A stretch of DNA of 64,000 nucleotides, taken from positions 3,246-67,245 of the forward strand of contig DATICB010000001.1 of assembly GCA_035457005.1 (NCBI GenBank), given 5' to 3'. Numbering within the stretch: the stretch's first letter is position 1; each line of letters opens with the position of its first letter. Below are positions 8,483 to 17,041 of this stretch, piece by piece. The position numbers and the translations under genes are program-made. The notes beneath the pieces were generated by a model. It searched no databases. It was not told where the DNA came from and saw nothing but the letters and a program-made list of their open reading frames with translations. This DNA is from Patescibacteria group bacterium. Its GTDB lineage: Bacteria; Patescibacteriota; Microgenomatia; Levybacterales; UBA12049.

Positions 8483-9022
8483 ATGATTTTAGGACCGAAA
8501 AAATTATTAGAATTAGTGAGTTCAGCTAAATTGGTAGAGGGTTTGTCAGAGCGTGAGCTTACCAATCCCGAAGGTGCAGGATTTGATTTGCGACTAGGAG
8601 AGGTGTACACAATTTCTGGCGATGCATTTTTGGGCGAAACTCACAGAAAAACAGCAGACATAGAGTTAGTTCAAAGTTATGATGCAAAAGAACCTCGTTC
8701 TGTCGTTATTAAGCCAGGAGACTTTGTATTAGTTAAGACAATAGAATCAGTGAATATGCCAAACAATCTGACGGCATCTATTACTCCTCGTTCAACAACG
8801 TATCGTTCAGGTTTGATGCTTCGTACAGGCAATGTGCCACCGGGCTACTGTGGAGGACTTACATTTGGTCTAAAAAATGAAGGACCAATTGAGGTAACAA
8901 TAGAAATGGGTGCTCGGTTTGTCCACATCCAATTTAGCGAAGTTTTGGGGGAGGGGAATATGTATCGTGGTCAGTGGCAGGGAGGAAGAGTTACTGCAAC
9001 AAAAAAAGAAAAACAAGTGTAA
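8483..9022 (+). CDS. Second dCTP deaminase/dUTPase-fold protein
   Basis: GFDLRLG, PRSTTYRSG, PPGYCGGL, YRGQWQG. Confidence 0.8.
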   Translation: MILGPKKLLELVSSAKLVEGLSERELTNPEGAGFDLRLGEVYTISGDAFLGETHRKTADIELVQSYDAKEPRSVVIKPGDFVLVKTIESVNMPNNLTASITPRSTTYRSGLMLRTGNVPPGYCGGLTFGLKNEGPIEVTIEMGARFVHIQFSEVLGEGNMYRGQWQGGRVTATKKEKQV

Positions 9023-9366
9023 TGAAATTTACTAAAAAAAATCTTTCAGAAATTCCACTTGAAGAAGCGCATGCGGGAAGCGGTTCTCGACAAATGCTTT
9101 TTACTCCTGGTTCTGCCAAAAGTACTAAATGGGAAGCAGTTACAAAAGGATTTTTGCCAGCAAGATCGCAATTTGATTGGCATGATCACAAGGATACGGA
9201 TGAAATGTTTATTGTTCTACGCGGAACGGGAAAGTTTTATTGTGAAGATACAGAAGTAGACTATAAAGCAGGGGATGTCATTTTAGTCAGAGCAAATACA
9301 AAGCACAAAATTCTGAACGATGGGAAAGAAACAACAGAAGGATTTTTTATTAGAATTAAGGTATAA
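9022..9366 (+). CDS. Cupin domain protein
   Basis: WHDH...DEMFIVLRG...GDVILV...H motif. Confidence 0.85.
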   Translation: MKFTKKNLSEIPLEEAHAGSGSRQMLFTPGSAKSTKWEAVTKGFLPARSQFDWHDHKDTDEMFIVLRGTGKFYCEDTEVDYKAGDVILVRANTKHKILNDGKETTEGFFIRIKV

Positions 9367-9419
9367 ATTCTCTTTGTGGTGTCTTGTCAAAAAATATATT
9401 TCGTGTTACTTTAAATCAC

Positions 9420-10472
9420 ATGCCAACCTCTCAAAAACACGCTGAATATCAATATTTAGATCTTCTGAAAGAAGCACTCAAAGACGGGATTATTAAAATA
9501 GACCGAGGGACAGATATAAAACTTCATAGTTTGTTTGGTCGACAGACACGCTACGATTTATCGCAAGGATTTCCACTGCTCACAACAAAAAAAGTGTACT
9601 GGAAGGGAGTCATTCACGAGTTGTATTGGTTTATGTCAGGGCAAACAAATATTAAATATTTAGTTGATAATAACGTGCATATTTGGGACGACTATCCGTA
9701 CAAAATATATAAGACAAAAATGAGTCAGCATCATTCTGTCATTGCGAGCGAAGCGAAGCAATCTAATAAAAATAAGATTGCCGTGTCGTCTTCGACTCCT
9801 CGCAATGACATTATTTTAACAAAAGAAGAATTTATAGAAAAAATAAAGACAAATAATACGTTTGCCAAAAAATGGGGAAATCTGCCAAGAATTTATGGAG
9901 AAATGTGGCGCAAATGGCCTACCAAGACAGGCCGAACAATAGATCAGCTTGCATGGGTTTTACAGGAAATGAAAGAAGATCCTGATGCAAAAAACCTTAT
10001 TGTCACCTCGTGGAATCCAGAATATATGTATACCATGGCGACTTACGAAGACGCGAATAGGTTTCCAATTTGCCACAACATGTATCAAATCAGCAATCGC
10101 AATGGCTATTTGGACTTACAGCTGTATCAGCGCAGTGCAGATTTATTTTTAGGAGTGCCATTTAATATTGCGTCTTATGCGCTTTTGACTATGATTCTGG
10201 CAAAAATTGCAGGACTCAAGCCTGGTGTTTTTACCCATACATTTGGCGATGTGCATGTGTATGACGATCATGTCGCGGCAGTAAAAGAGCAATTAAAGAG
10301 AAAACCAAGACCATTCCCGAAAATTAAGTTTACTCATGATTTTAAAACGCTCGATGCGTTTCGACCAGAATACGTTGAATTAGTCAATTATGATCCATAC
10401 CCAACTATTAAAGCAGAATTGACTGTTGCAGGTGGACTTTTTGATAAAAAAACAGGGAAGATGGCAGGGTAA
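9420..10472 (+). CDS. thyA: Thymidylate synthase with in-frame repeat insertion
   Basis: DRGT, GFPLLTTKK, PICH, YQRSADLFLGVPFNIASY, GDVHVY. Confidence 0.95.
   Translation: MPTSQKHAEYQYLDLLKEALKDGIIKIDRGTDIKLHSLFGRQTRYDLSQGFPLLTTKKVYWKGVIHELYWFMSGQTNIKYLVDNNVHIWDDYPYKIYKTKMSQHHSVIASEAKQSNKNKIAVSSSTPRNDIILTKEEFIEKIKTNNTFAKKWGNLPRIYGEMWRKWPTKTGRTIDQLAWVLQEMKEDPDAKNLIVTSWNPEYMYTMATYEDANRFPICHNMYQISNRNGYLDLQLYQRSADLFLGVPFNIASYALLTMILAKIAGLKPGVFTHTFGDVHVYDDHVAAVKEQLKRKPRPFPKIKFTHDFKTLDAFRPEYVELVNYDPYPTIKAELTVAGGLFDKKTGKMAG
9737..9810. repeat. Family A palindrome inside thyA
   Basis: TGTCATTGCGAG...CTCGCAATGACA, encoding VIASEAKQSNKNKIAVSSSTPRND. Confidence 0.92.
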
Positions 10473-10483
10473 AGATAAGATCT

Positions 10484-10759
10484 TTAGTGACCCCTTCTAA
10501 AAGCATGTACATACGCTCCTGCTGCTGCAGCAAGATCACGCATTGCTTGTGCATCTCTTTGTTGTGTATTTCTAGCATTGAATCCTACGCCCCTTTGACT
10601 TCCGATTGCACGACTAACATGCGTTCGGACGTGATGTCTTGTTGCTGCGTCTCCATGTCGACGCGAGCTGTCTAGCAATGGTGCTGCTGCTTCCCATCCC
10701 GCTCTGTTGCGGTCTATTAGCTGTTGCATTCCTTGCTCTAGTCTTTGTTGAATTGTCAT
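10484..10759 (-). CDS. Orphan Arg/Gln/Ala-rich small protein
   Basis: 91-aa ORF with upstream TTGACA and TATACT on the minus strand. Confidence 0.6.
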   Translation of the reverse strand: MTIQQRLEQGMQQLIDRNRAGWEAAAPLLDSSRRHGDAATRHHVRTHVSRAIGSQRGVGFNARNTQQRDAQAMRDLAAAAGAYVHAFRRGH

Positions 10760-10860
10760 TATGTCTATAGTATATACCTTGTGTCAAGAGATGCTTGACA
10801 AAAATTGGACAAAATATTTCTCCTTGACATTACTGTGCGTAAACTCTATAGTTTTTTCTT

Positions 10861-11085
10861 GTGTCAGACAGACGATTACCAATTTTTAGAGCATCTCAAG
10901 GACAGTGTGAAAATTTAGAAGCAAACGGGCATTGTGGATTAAGGCGACCAGTTCCTGGTTCTCAATTTTTGGGCACTCCACGTTACGATGGCCCTTTCCC
11001 AATGGATCCAGGTACAGGAGATTGCAATTTTAGAAATGAACCAGCATTTCAGCGACTTTGCCGTAAGTACAAACGAAATAATTAG
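10861..11085 (+). CDS. Orphan 4-Cys small protein
   Basis: 74-aa ORF; TTGACA and TATAGT upstream. Confidence 0.55.
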   Translation: MSDRRLPIFRASQGQCENLEANGHCGLRRPVPGSQFLGTPRYDGPFPMDPGTGDCNFRNEPAFQRLCRKYKRNN

Positions 11086-11097
11086 GCTTAAGAAAAA

Positions 11098-11289
11098 TTA
11101 GCGCCTTTTTGCAGGTGATGGTGTTGGTTGGTTTTCTTGTGGCGTTTGTCCACTCTGACGACCAAGATCTCTCATCTGATCCGCTGTTGTTGCAGCTTTT
11201 TCTCTTCGAGCACCACGTCTTTTTTGACGCCAAAACTCTAAAACAGCGGCAATTACGTTTGGTTGGGAAGTTTGTCTTTGCTTTTCCAT
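11098..11289 (-). CDS. Orphan basic small protein
   Basis: 63-aa ORF filling the intergenic space. Confidence 0.5.
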   Translation of the reverse strand: MEKQRQTSQPNVIAAVLEFWRQKRRGARREKAATTADQMRDLGRQSGQTPQENQPTPSPAKRR

Positions 11290-11354
11290 AATGGCTGCAT
11301 TGTAGATCCATCATGTTTATTTGTCAAATACAGAAATGTGATATAACTAAAACA

Positions 11355-11963
11355 ATGAAAATTTCAGCAATTGCAATTATTTCTAAAAATCGGGGATTGG
11401 GATTTGAGAATCATCTTCTTTTCCATATTCCTGGTGAGCTCCCACGATTAAAAGCAATTACCATGGGCCATCCAGTTGTTATGGGAAGAAAAACGCATGA
11501 GTCAATTGGGAGAATTTTGCCAGGAAGACTCAACATTGTTATTACCAGAAAAGGTGGAGAGGATGTGCCGGGTTTGCTTATTTTTGTTGACAGTTTGGAA
11601 AAAGCATTGGAGATTGCAAAAGAGAGTGAGGGAAAAAAAGTCAAAAAGTCTTCTTCGAGCAAGCAAAGCGAGTCGAGAAGTGAGTTGTCGACAAGCTCGA
11701 ACAAGAATAAGATTGCCGCGTCGGTCGCCAAAGGCGAACCTCCTCGCAATGACAACGAAGGCGAAATCTTTATCTTAGGTGGGGGACAAATTTTTGCAGA
11801 AAGCCTGTCAATAACAGATCGTTTGTATTTGACAATTGTTGATACAGAAGTACCAGCAGATACTTTTTTTCCAGACTACGAAAAAGAATTTACAAAAGTT
11901 ATTACTGAGGAGAAGAAAACAGATTGGGAATACCCCTACACATTTCTTACTTTAGAAAAATAA
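11355..11963 (+). CDS. folA: Dihydrofolate reductase with in-frame repeat insertion
   Basis: VMGRKTHESIG, LPGRLNIV, IFILGGGQ, ADTFFP. Confidence 0.93.
   Translation: MKISAIAIISKNRGLGFENHLLFHIPGELPRLKAITMGHPVVMGRKTHESIGRILPGRLNIVITRKGGEDVPGLLIFVDSLEKALEIAKESEGKKVKKSSSSKQSESRSELSTSSNKNKIAASVAKGEPPRNDNEGEIFILGGGQIFAESLSITDRLYLTIVDTEVPADTFFPDYEKEFTKVITEEKKTDWEYPYTFLTLEK
11651..11754. repeat. Family C palindrome plus half family A inside folA
   Basis: TTCGAGC...GTCGAGAA...TCGAC..GCTCGAA followed by GATTGCC...CTCGCAATGACA. Confidence 0.88.
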
Positions 11964-11967
11964 ACAC

Positions 11968-12981
11968 CTACTGTCTTTTCGACCGCCTGAGTCTTTCACT
12001 CATTGTTTTGGGCATGTTGCCAATGTATTCCTGCAAAAGTCCAAGATGCAACTTGCCTGCAGCTAAAATGTGTGCCTTCTGAAACGCTTTCTGCTGATTT
12101 GTTTGTGTCCAGTTCTGTGAAGTTAGCTCATCTGGGTTTTGTGTCATGTATTGGATAACTTCCATTTCTTGAAATGTCTCGACTTTTATGCCTCCCGCTG
12201 TCTTGGCAAGTGGCGGGTAGGTTTTGGCTGCCTCCAATTGATACTGCGCAAATCCTTCTGGCGTTGCTAAATAGGCAAGTTTTTCTGGATCGAGGAGCAC
12301 CACCATTTGTCGCACAGAGTATGCATCTCTGGATGTGTCACGCCTACTACTGTTGTGAATATAGGTTGCCATTTCAATAATGTAGGGAACAGACGGCCAA
12401 TTATTTTCTTGTGCCATTCGTGCAAGTGATGCAAATCGCTCTTGTACTGTTTCCATTTCCCGTCCTGCATGGACTCTCTCTGGTTTGCCAACTCTTTGAA
12501 AAACAATTTGGCCATCTTGAATGGTTGGTATTGCATTGACCTCGTCAAGGCCAACAATTGGATTGACTCTCCACCAATGGTGTTCTTTAAATCTTTCACG
12601 AATTGGGTGAGACCGTCTTTCGTTTCGTTGTATCTGTGCGGCAGAGAGCGCCTTGGACTTTGCATCCAGAAAAGGACTACCAGTATGCTGCTCCTCACCA
12701 ACCAATCGTCGAAGAGAAAGAGCGGGAAAATTTCTGCGAAAATCTTCTTCGCGAATACCATTATCACTAGCAATACCTGCAACATGGAGTCCAATCCCCA
12801 GTGAAAATTTTGTTTTCTTGGGCATATGGCGGACTGATTCTTGGATGAGTTCTTGCCTGGTTGCATCAAGAAGAGTGGTAAAGAGGATCGGGGCTTTTTC
12901 TGTGCGTGGTGAAATTGCAGTTTCGCTGCTTGGTAAGTGAGGATACGGTGGAGGGGTTGTCCCTGCTTCGATCCTTTTCAT
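11968..12981 (-). CDS. Divergent Maf/Ham1-fold NTP pyrophosphatase-like protein
   Basis: AKSKA, IVGLDEV...VGKP and KTAGG resemble Maf motifs; purine salvage context. Confidence 0.45.
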   Translation of the reverse strand: MKRIEAGTTPPPYPHLPSSETAISPRTEKAPILFTTLLDATRQELIQESVRHMPKKTKFSLGIGLHVAGIASDNGIREEDFRRNFPALSLRRLVGEEQHTGSPFLDAKSKALSAAQIQRNERRSHPIRERFKEHHWWRVNPIVGLDEVNAIPTIQDGQIVFQRVGKPERVHAGREMETVQERFASLARMAQENNWPSVPYIIEMATYIHNSSRRDTSRDAYSVRQMVVLLDPEKLAYLATPEGFAQYQLEAAKTYPPLAKTAGGIKVETFQEMEVIQYMTQNPDELTSQNWTQTNQQKAFQKAHILAAGKLHLGLLQEYIGNMPKTMSERLRRSKRQ

Positions 12982-13116
12982 ATCACGTCAAAAAAATAGG
13001 TGTCATATATTTGTGCTGACGAAAAGGAGAGAAAATAGCGGAGAATTTTTGGAGTTCCATGACTTATTTTATTTGAAAGAGAGAATTCCTGTCAATAAGA
13101 TAATTTACTATGGGTA

Positions 13117-14175
13117 TTATTTTGATTGTTGGCTGAGTGATGTAGCAAGTTTAATGACCGCTGGAATAAGATAGCGCTCAGCAATTTTGCCACCAGACAA
13201 CACTTCTTCTGCATTTGTTGGATTGGGACTTGCGACATTATTTCGCCTGAGACTTTCTTTTGTTGGAAATTCAGGACGAGAAATAATATTGGTTGCAGCA
13301 GTAAGCCCAATCCAGGGAATTTTTCTGTCAAAACCGTTACTATCTGTAGATGGATCATTGTAATGCTGCATGACCATTGCCTCTGTGGCAAAGGACATGC
13401 CAAAAAGTTGCACCATGTCGGGATTTTGTTGAGAAAGCGCTGGATACATGCCATTTGCAATATCGCCTCTGCCCTCGTAGAGCGGCGCATTGATTGCCAT
13501 CGTATAGATGCCAAGATGCAGATTGTTGGCGGGAATTGTGTCTTCGAGTAGTGCAAATAGGTGCGGATCTGCAGTGTCTGCTTTTCCGGGGAATCGTTGT
13601 CCAAGTCTATCATCATTTGGTCCAATCAGTGGATTGACGCCGTTTTGATTGACATAGTCAACATCCACCACAACATCGCCAACATGAACATTGCCATTAT
13701 CCAATGCGCCTGCTGCATTGGTTGTGACGAGCCAGTTAATTCCCAAGCCTTTGGCAACGCGAAGGGGAGCGGTGATCATCTTTAATTGTTGCGGAGAATA
13801 ATCGGTATCGTACATATGGGCCCTTCCGGTCATAATGCCAACTTCCTGACCACCAATATCGGCAATCACCAACTCTTTTCCATGTCCTGGCGCTGTCGGG
13901 ACAAACCAATGGGGGATTTGCTCCATGGGGATTTTGTCGTGAATGGTTATGTCTGGTGAATCTGCAAGTCCTGCTAACCCTGACCCACACACAATCCAAC
14001 CATCGAGTGTTTTTCTGCCAATTTTTTCTTGCAAACGATTTTCCAGAAACGTTTTGCTTTCGACCAATTGCTCATAATATCTCTGTTGCTCGGCTCTGCC
14101 AATTTCCTGCTGAAGCCCTACGTTAAAACGCTCGCGTGCAATAGTTTTGGCTCTTGATGTTTTTCTTTCGCTCAT
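13117..14175 (-). CDS. punA: Purine nucleoside phosphorylase (trimeric PNP family)
   Basis: CGSGL, PGHG, GRAHMY, TNAAG, NPLIGPN, GMS..TEA, ATN motifs. Confidence 0.88.
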   Translation of the reverse strand: MSERKTSRAKTIARERFNVGLQQEIGRAEQQRYYEQLVESKTFLENRLQEKIGRKTLDGWIVCGSGLAGLADSPDITIHDKIPMEQIPHWFVPTAPGHGKELVIADIGGQEVGIMTGRAHMYDTDYSPQQLKMITAPLRVAKGLGINWLVTTNAAGALDNGNVHVGDVVVDVDYVNQNGVNPLIGPNDDRLGQRFPGKADTADPHLFALLEDTIPANNLHLGIYTMAINAPLYEGRGDIANGMYPALSQQNPDMVQLFGMSFATEAMVMQHYNDPSTDSNGFDRKIPWIGLTAATNIISRPEFPTKESLRRNNVASPNPTNAEEVLSGGKIAERYLIPAVIKLATSLSQQSK

Positions 14176-14723
14176 ATAGTTGACCAGTCTACTATACCAA
14201 GTTGTCTTAATTTTTTCTTTGCTTCTTGTAATCCGAATTTTTCTATAAATGCTGCTTTTGTTTCTCTTAATTCATATGGCAAGATGATCCACCCATTTAA
14301 TTGTTCCTCATAAAAATGAGGAACATATTTTGTCCGTGGTTTTATGTACAAAGAGGCAGTGATAAACGACATTACGTTTGATTCTTTGAGATACGCAGTT
14401 GCACGGAGAAATGTTGCGCCGGAATCAGCTAATTCGTCAACTAAAAGGATTTTTTCATTGGTAAATTTCTTAGAAAGCAGGTGCGTAATTACCGGAGTTT
14501 TTTGTTGGTCAAAATTTTTATATGACTCAATAGTAATAAAGGAAATTCTTGCGTCAAGGATGTCTGAAAGAATTCGACTTAAAACAATACCTCCTCTGGC
14601 AATCGCAATGATTTCATCTATTCTTCCATATTCATCGCGAATTTTTTTTGCAAGAGAAATTGCATCTTTTTCATATCTTTGCCAAGAAATAGGAATAAAT
14701 TTTTTTGTAGCTTTTTTATTCAT
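14172..14723 (-). CDS. Type I phosphoribosyltransferase (purine PRT-like)
   Basis: IARGG, LLVDELADSGAT, WIILPYE. Confidence 0.88.
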   Translation of the reverse strand: MNKKATKKFIPISWQRYEKDAISLAKKIRDEYGRIDEIIAIARGGIVLSRILSDILDARISFITIESYKNFDQQKTPVITHLLSKKFTNEKILLVDELADSGATFLRATAYLKESNVMSFITASLYIKPRTKYVPHFYEEQLNGWIILPYELRETKAAFIEKFGLQEAKKKLRQLGIVDWSTI

Positions 14724-14976
14724 TAGCTATTTGTAAATGAAAATTCCCAAAAGGGATACGTACTAATCCGTCCCAGGGCGTTATTACTGCTCCATCAATA
14801 TCTGCCGATCCATGTGTTTGACGAACCGATGGGTTGTTGGTAATTGTTTTGCTGTGTTTTCCTCGCCGAAGCGTTACAGTCGTTGGGCGATGCGCATCGT
14901 GAAGCACATGTTCCCTTGTTGCAGGAATACCGTTGATTGTTGTACCAGGAGGAATATCGTGAATTCTCGTTGTCAT
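14716..14976 (-). CDS. Hypothetical small protein
   Basis: ATGA overlap with the LOG stop codon; overlaps the PRT start. Confidence 0.6.
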   Translation of the reverse strand: MTTRIHDIPPGTTINGIPATREHVLHDAHRPTTVTLRRGKHSKTITNNPSVRQTHGSADIDGAVITPWDGLVRIPFGNFHLQIANE

Positions 14977-15842
14977 CTCCTTCGTGTATGTTGGCCAATT
15001 GTCTTGTCCCAATATTCATATCCTTGCCGAATTATCCCTACTATCTCGGGGACTGTTGCTGCATAGCGCACTTGCAGATCATCAAACCGTATCAATGGGT
15101 CTACTCCTTGTTTAATACGTTCTTCATACATCATTTTGTGAAAATCTTCAATGGTTTTTTTCCAAAAAGGATGAACAATAATAGGATATTCTGGTTCTAG
15201 ATGATGTGATTGCTTTAGCTGCATAACCATAATCAATTCAAGTGCTGTGCCAATACCACCAGGACCAAAGTATGCTGCATGGGACATATCAATCATTTCC
15301 TGAATTCTTGTTGTGTATTCAGTGTGCTCGTGGTAACTGTCGAGGTTAGGATCTGCTGCTTCTTCGTAGGGAAGCCTAATGCTAACGCCCAAAGTTCTTG
15401 AATTAATATTGCCTGGTAGCGCATCCTCTCGAGCACGTCGTGCGCCAAGTGCTGCGGCACCCATAATACCCGGTCCTGCGCCATTGATAATATCAACACC
15501 AAGTTCTTTTACTAATTCATGAGTGAGTTCTGTGGTAAATTGGTATTCCGGTGAATTCGGATTAATGCGTGCGCTTCCTGAAACCATGACTCGATAGTGT
15601 GTTGCAAGCTCATGGTGAAGAAGCTCTCTCCGTGCGCTGTTATATTCTCTACCTTTTTGCAGCACGCGTTCTCTTGCGCGCCTCCCATCGCCACGATGGA
15701 GACGTATAATACCCTGTGCTGCTTGGCTTTGTAGCTGGTCTAGCACCTCTGTTCTTGTTGATGTATACTTTTTTGCTTCATCAATTTCTGTCTCTGGAAT
15801 TCGGTGAGATCTGTGGAAAAGACCCTCTCTTATTTTTGTCAT
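14973..15842 (-). CDS. LOG family nucleoside monophosphate phosphoribohydrolase
   Basis: GSAR, GAGPGIMGAA, PGGIGTALE. Confidence 0.88.
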   Translation of the reverse strand: MTKIREGLFHRSHRIPETEIDEAKKYTSTRTEVLDQLQSQAAQGIIRLHRGDGRRARERVLQKGREYNSARRELLHHELATHYRVMVSGSARINPNSPEYQFTTELTHELVKELGVDIINGAGPGIMGAAALGARRAREDALPGNINSRTLGVSIRLPYEEAADPNLDSYHEHTEYTTRIQEMIDMSHAAYFGPGGIGTALELIMVMQLKQSHHLEPEYPIIVHPFWKKTIEDFHKMMYEERIKQGVDPLIRFDDLQVRYAATVPEIVGIIRQGYEYWDKTIGQHTRRR

Positions 15843-15876
15843 GGTGTGTATTGTAAAAAAATAGAGGTAAGGTGTC

Positions 15877-15938
15877 TGTTCTGAGCAGAACGAGAAGATA
15901 GTTCTGAAAAGAACGCAGGAATTGTTCTACAGAGAACA
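15877..15938. promoter_or_regulatory. Three phased palindromes GTTCT-N4-AGAAC (candidate operators)
   Basis: Cores start at 15878, 15901 and 15924, an exact 23-bp period. Confidence 0.7.
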
Positions 15939-15943
15939 CATTC

Positions 15944-16585
15944 TTAAAGAAGCACGATCCTCTTAGGAGATATGATAATTTTTTTCTCCTTTTGCAGTAT
16001 ATGTAAAACTTCAGTCACCCGGGGTCGAGTTGCGCCAACAATTTGAGCAATCGTTTCGTGAGAAAAAAGCAGGATATTATTTTCTGAAAGCCGGGAAAGA
16101 AATTGCAGGATGTGATATGTCCTGTCGTAAAGATTATTGCCAAGACGAAGGCCTTGCAAGTGATTAAATTCCCTTAGTTTGGCAAGAATAATTTCATACA
16201 TATTCTTCCAAAGCTGTGGATTGTCTTGCAGTAGGGAGAGCATATCTTTTTTGTAAAGTATCAGCATATGCGAAAGATGCAATGTTTCAATAGTTGCGCT
16301 TGCTGGTTTTCTATCCAAATCCATAATACCCAGATAATTATCTTTTCTTTCATATGCCAGGAAAATTTCGTTACCTTTTTCCGTAGTCTTATATATTTTA
16401 ACTGTTCCATTGAGAATAAGGAAAATCTTGTCATTTATTTCATCTTCATGGATCAGATGATACCCTGCATGAAAGGCTTGTATTCTTGCTTTTTGAGCTA
16501 ATTTTTGCAGTTTTTCCTTATCGAGGCCGCGAAAAAGAAAGGAGGATTGAAGAATTGCGAGAATATCCTGATTGTCACTCTCCAT
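15944..16585 (-). CDS. Crp/Fnr family regulator
   Basis: cNMP-binding fold (FLILNGTVKIYK) and C-terminal HTH SHETIAQIVGATRPRVT. Confidence 0.9.
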   Translation of the reverse strand: MESDNQDILAILQSSFLFRGLDKEKLQKLAQKARIQAFHAGYHLIHEDEINDKIFLILNGTVKIYKTTEKGNEIFLAYERKDNYLGIMDLDRKPASATIETLHLSHMLILYKKDMLSLLQDNPQLWKNMYEIILAKLREFNHLQGLRLGNNLYDRTYHILQFLSRLSENNILLFSHETIAQIVGATRPRVTEVLHILQKEKKIIISPKRIVLL

Positions 16586-16632
16586 AATAAATTATATAAC
16601 CTGTAGTATAAGTTGTCAAGCGCTATTTATTC

Positions 16633-16648
16633 TGTTCCGCAGGGAACT
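16633..16648. promoter_or_regulatory. TGTTC-N6-GAACT site in the divergent promoter region
   Basis: Same consensus as the 15877-15938 array. Confidence 0.55.
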
Positions 16649-16681
16649 GAAAAAGGTTTGTCAATAAAGTAAGCTGTTGCT

Positions 16682-16981
16682 GTGTCAAACATTACAGAAA
16701 CACCTGAATTTAGGGAAAACAGACAATTCGTCAGAGATATGATCCCCATTTTTAGAGGGAGTATGGAACGAGGAGAAATGACGTGGGAAGAAGTTGTCGC
16801 TGCTACAAAAGGACTCCGCAGGCAATTTCAATTTAATCGGAATGGCCAGGCAGAACGAGTCAGGCCAGTAGAGCCGATGGTTCCTTCAATTGAAACGATC
16901 CGTGCGTACGAAGCAGCAAGGAACAGACAAGAGTGGGATGAAGTACATCGACAAATAGCAAGACGACGAAGACATTGGTAA
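16682..16981 (+). CDS. Orphan Arg/Glu-rich protein
   Basis: 99-aa ORF. Confidence 0.55.
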   Translation: MSNITETPEFRENRQFVRDMIPIFRGSMERGEMTWEEVVAATKGLRRQFQFNRNGQAERVRPVEPMVPSIETIRAYEAARNRQEWDEVHRQIARRRRHW

Positions 16982-17041
16982 TTTTTACCCATCTCGCCTC
17001 TTTACAATTTTCACAGTTTCAGTACAATACCTACTGGTATT

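Noticed and set aside
9737-9810. Self-splicing intron or intein in thyA
   Set aside because: Only about 74 bp, in frame, with no group I/II core or intein termini; matches the repeat family
15877-15938. Possible mini-CRISPR array
   Set aside because: 14-bp degenerate palindromes with 9-bp gaps are far too short, and no cas genes are present; better read as operators
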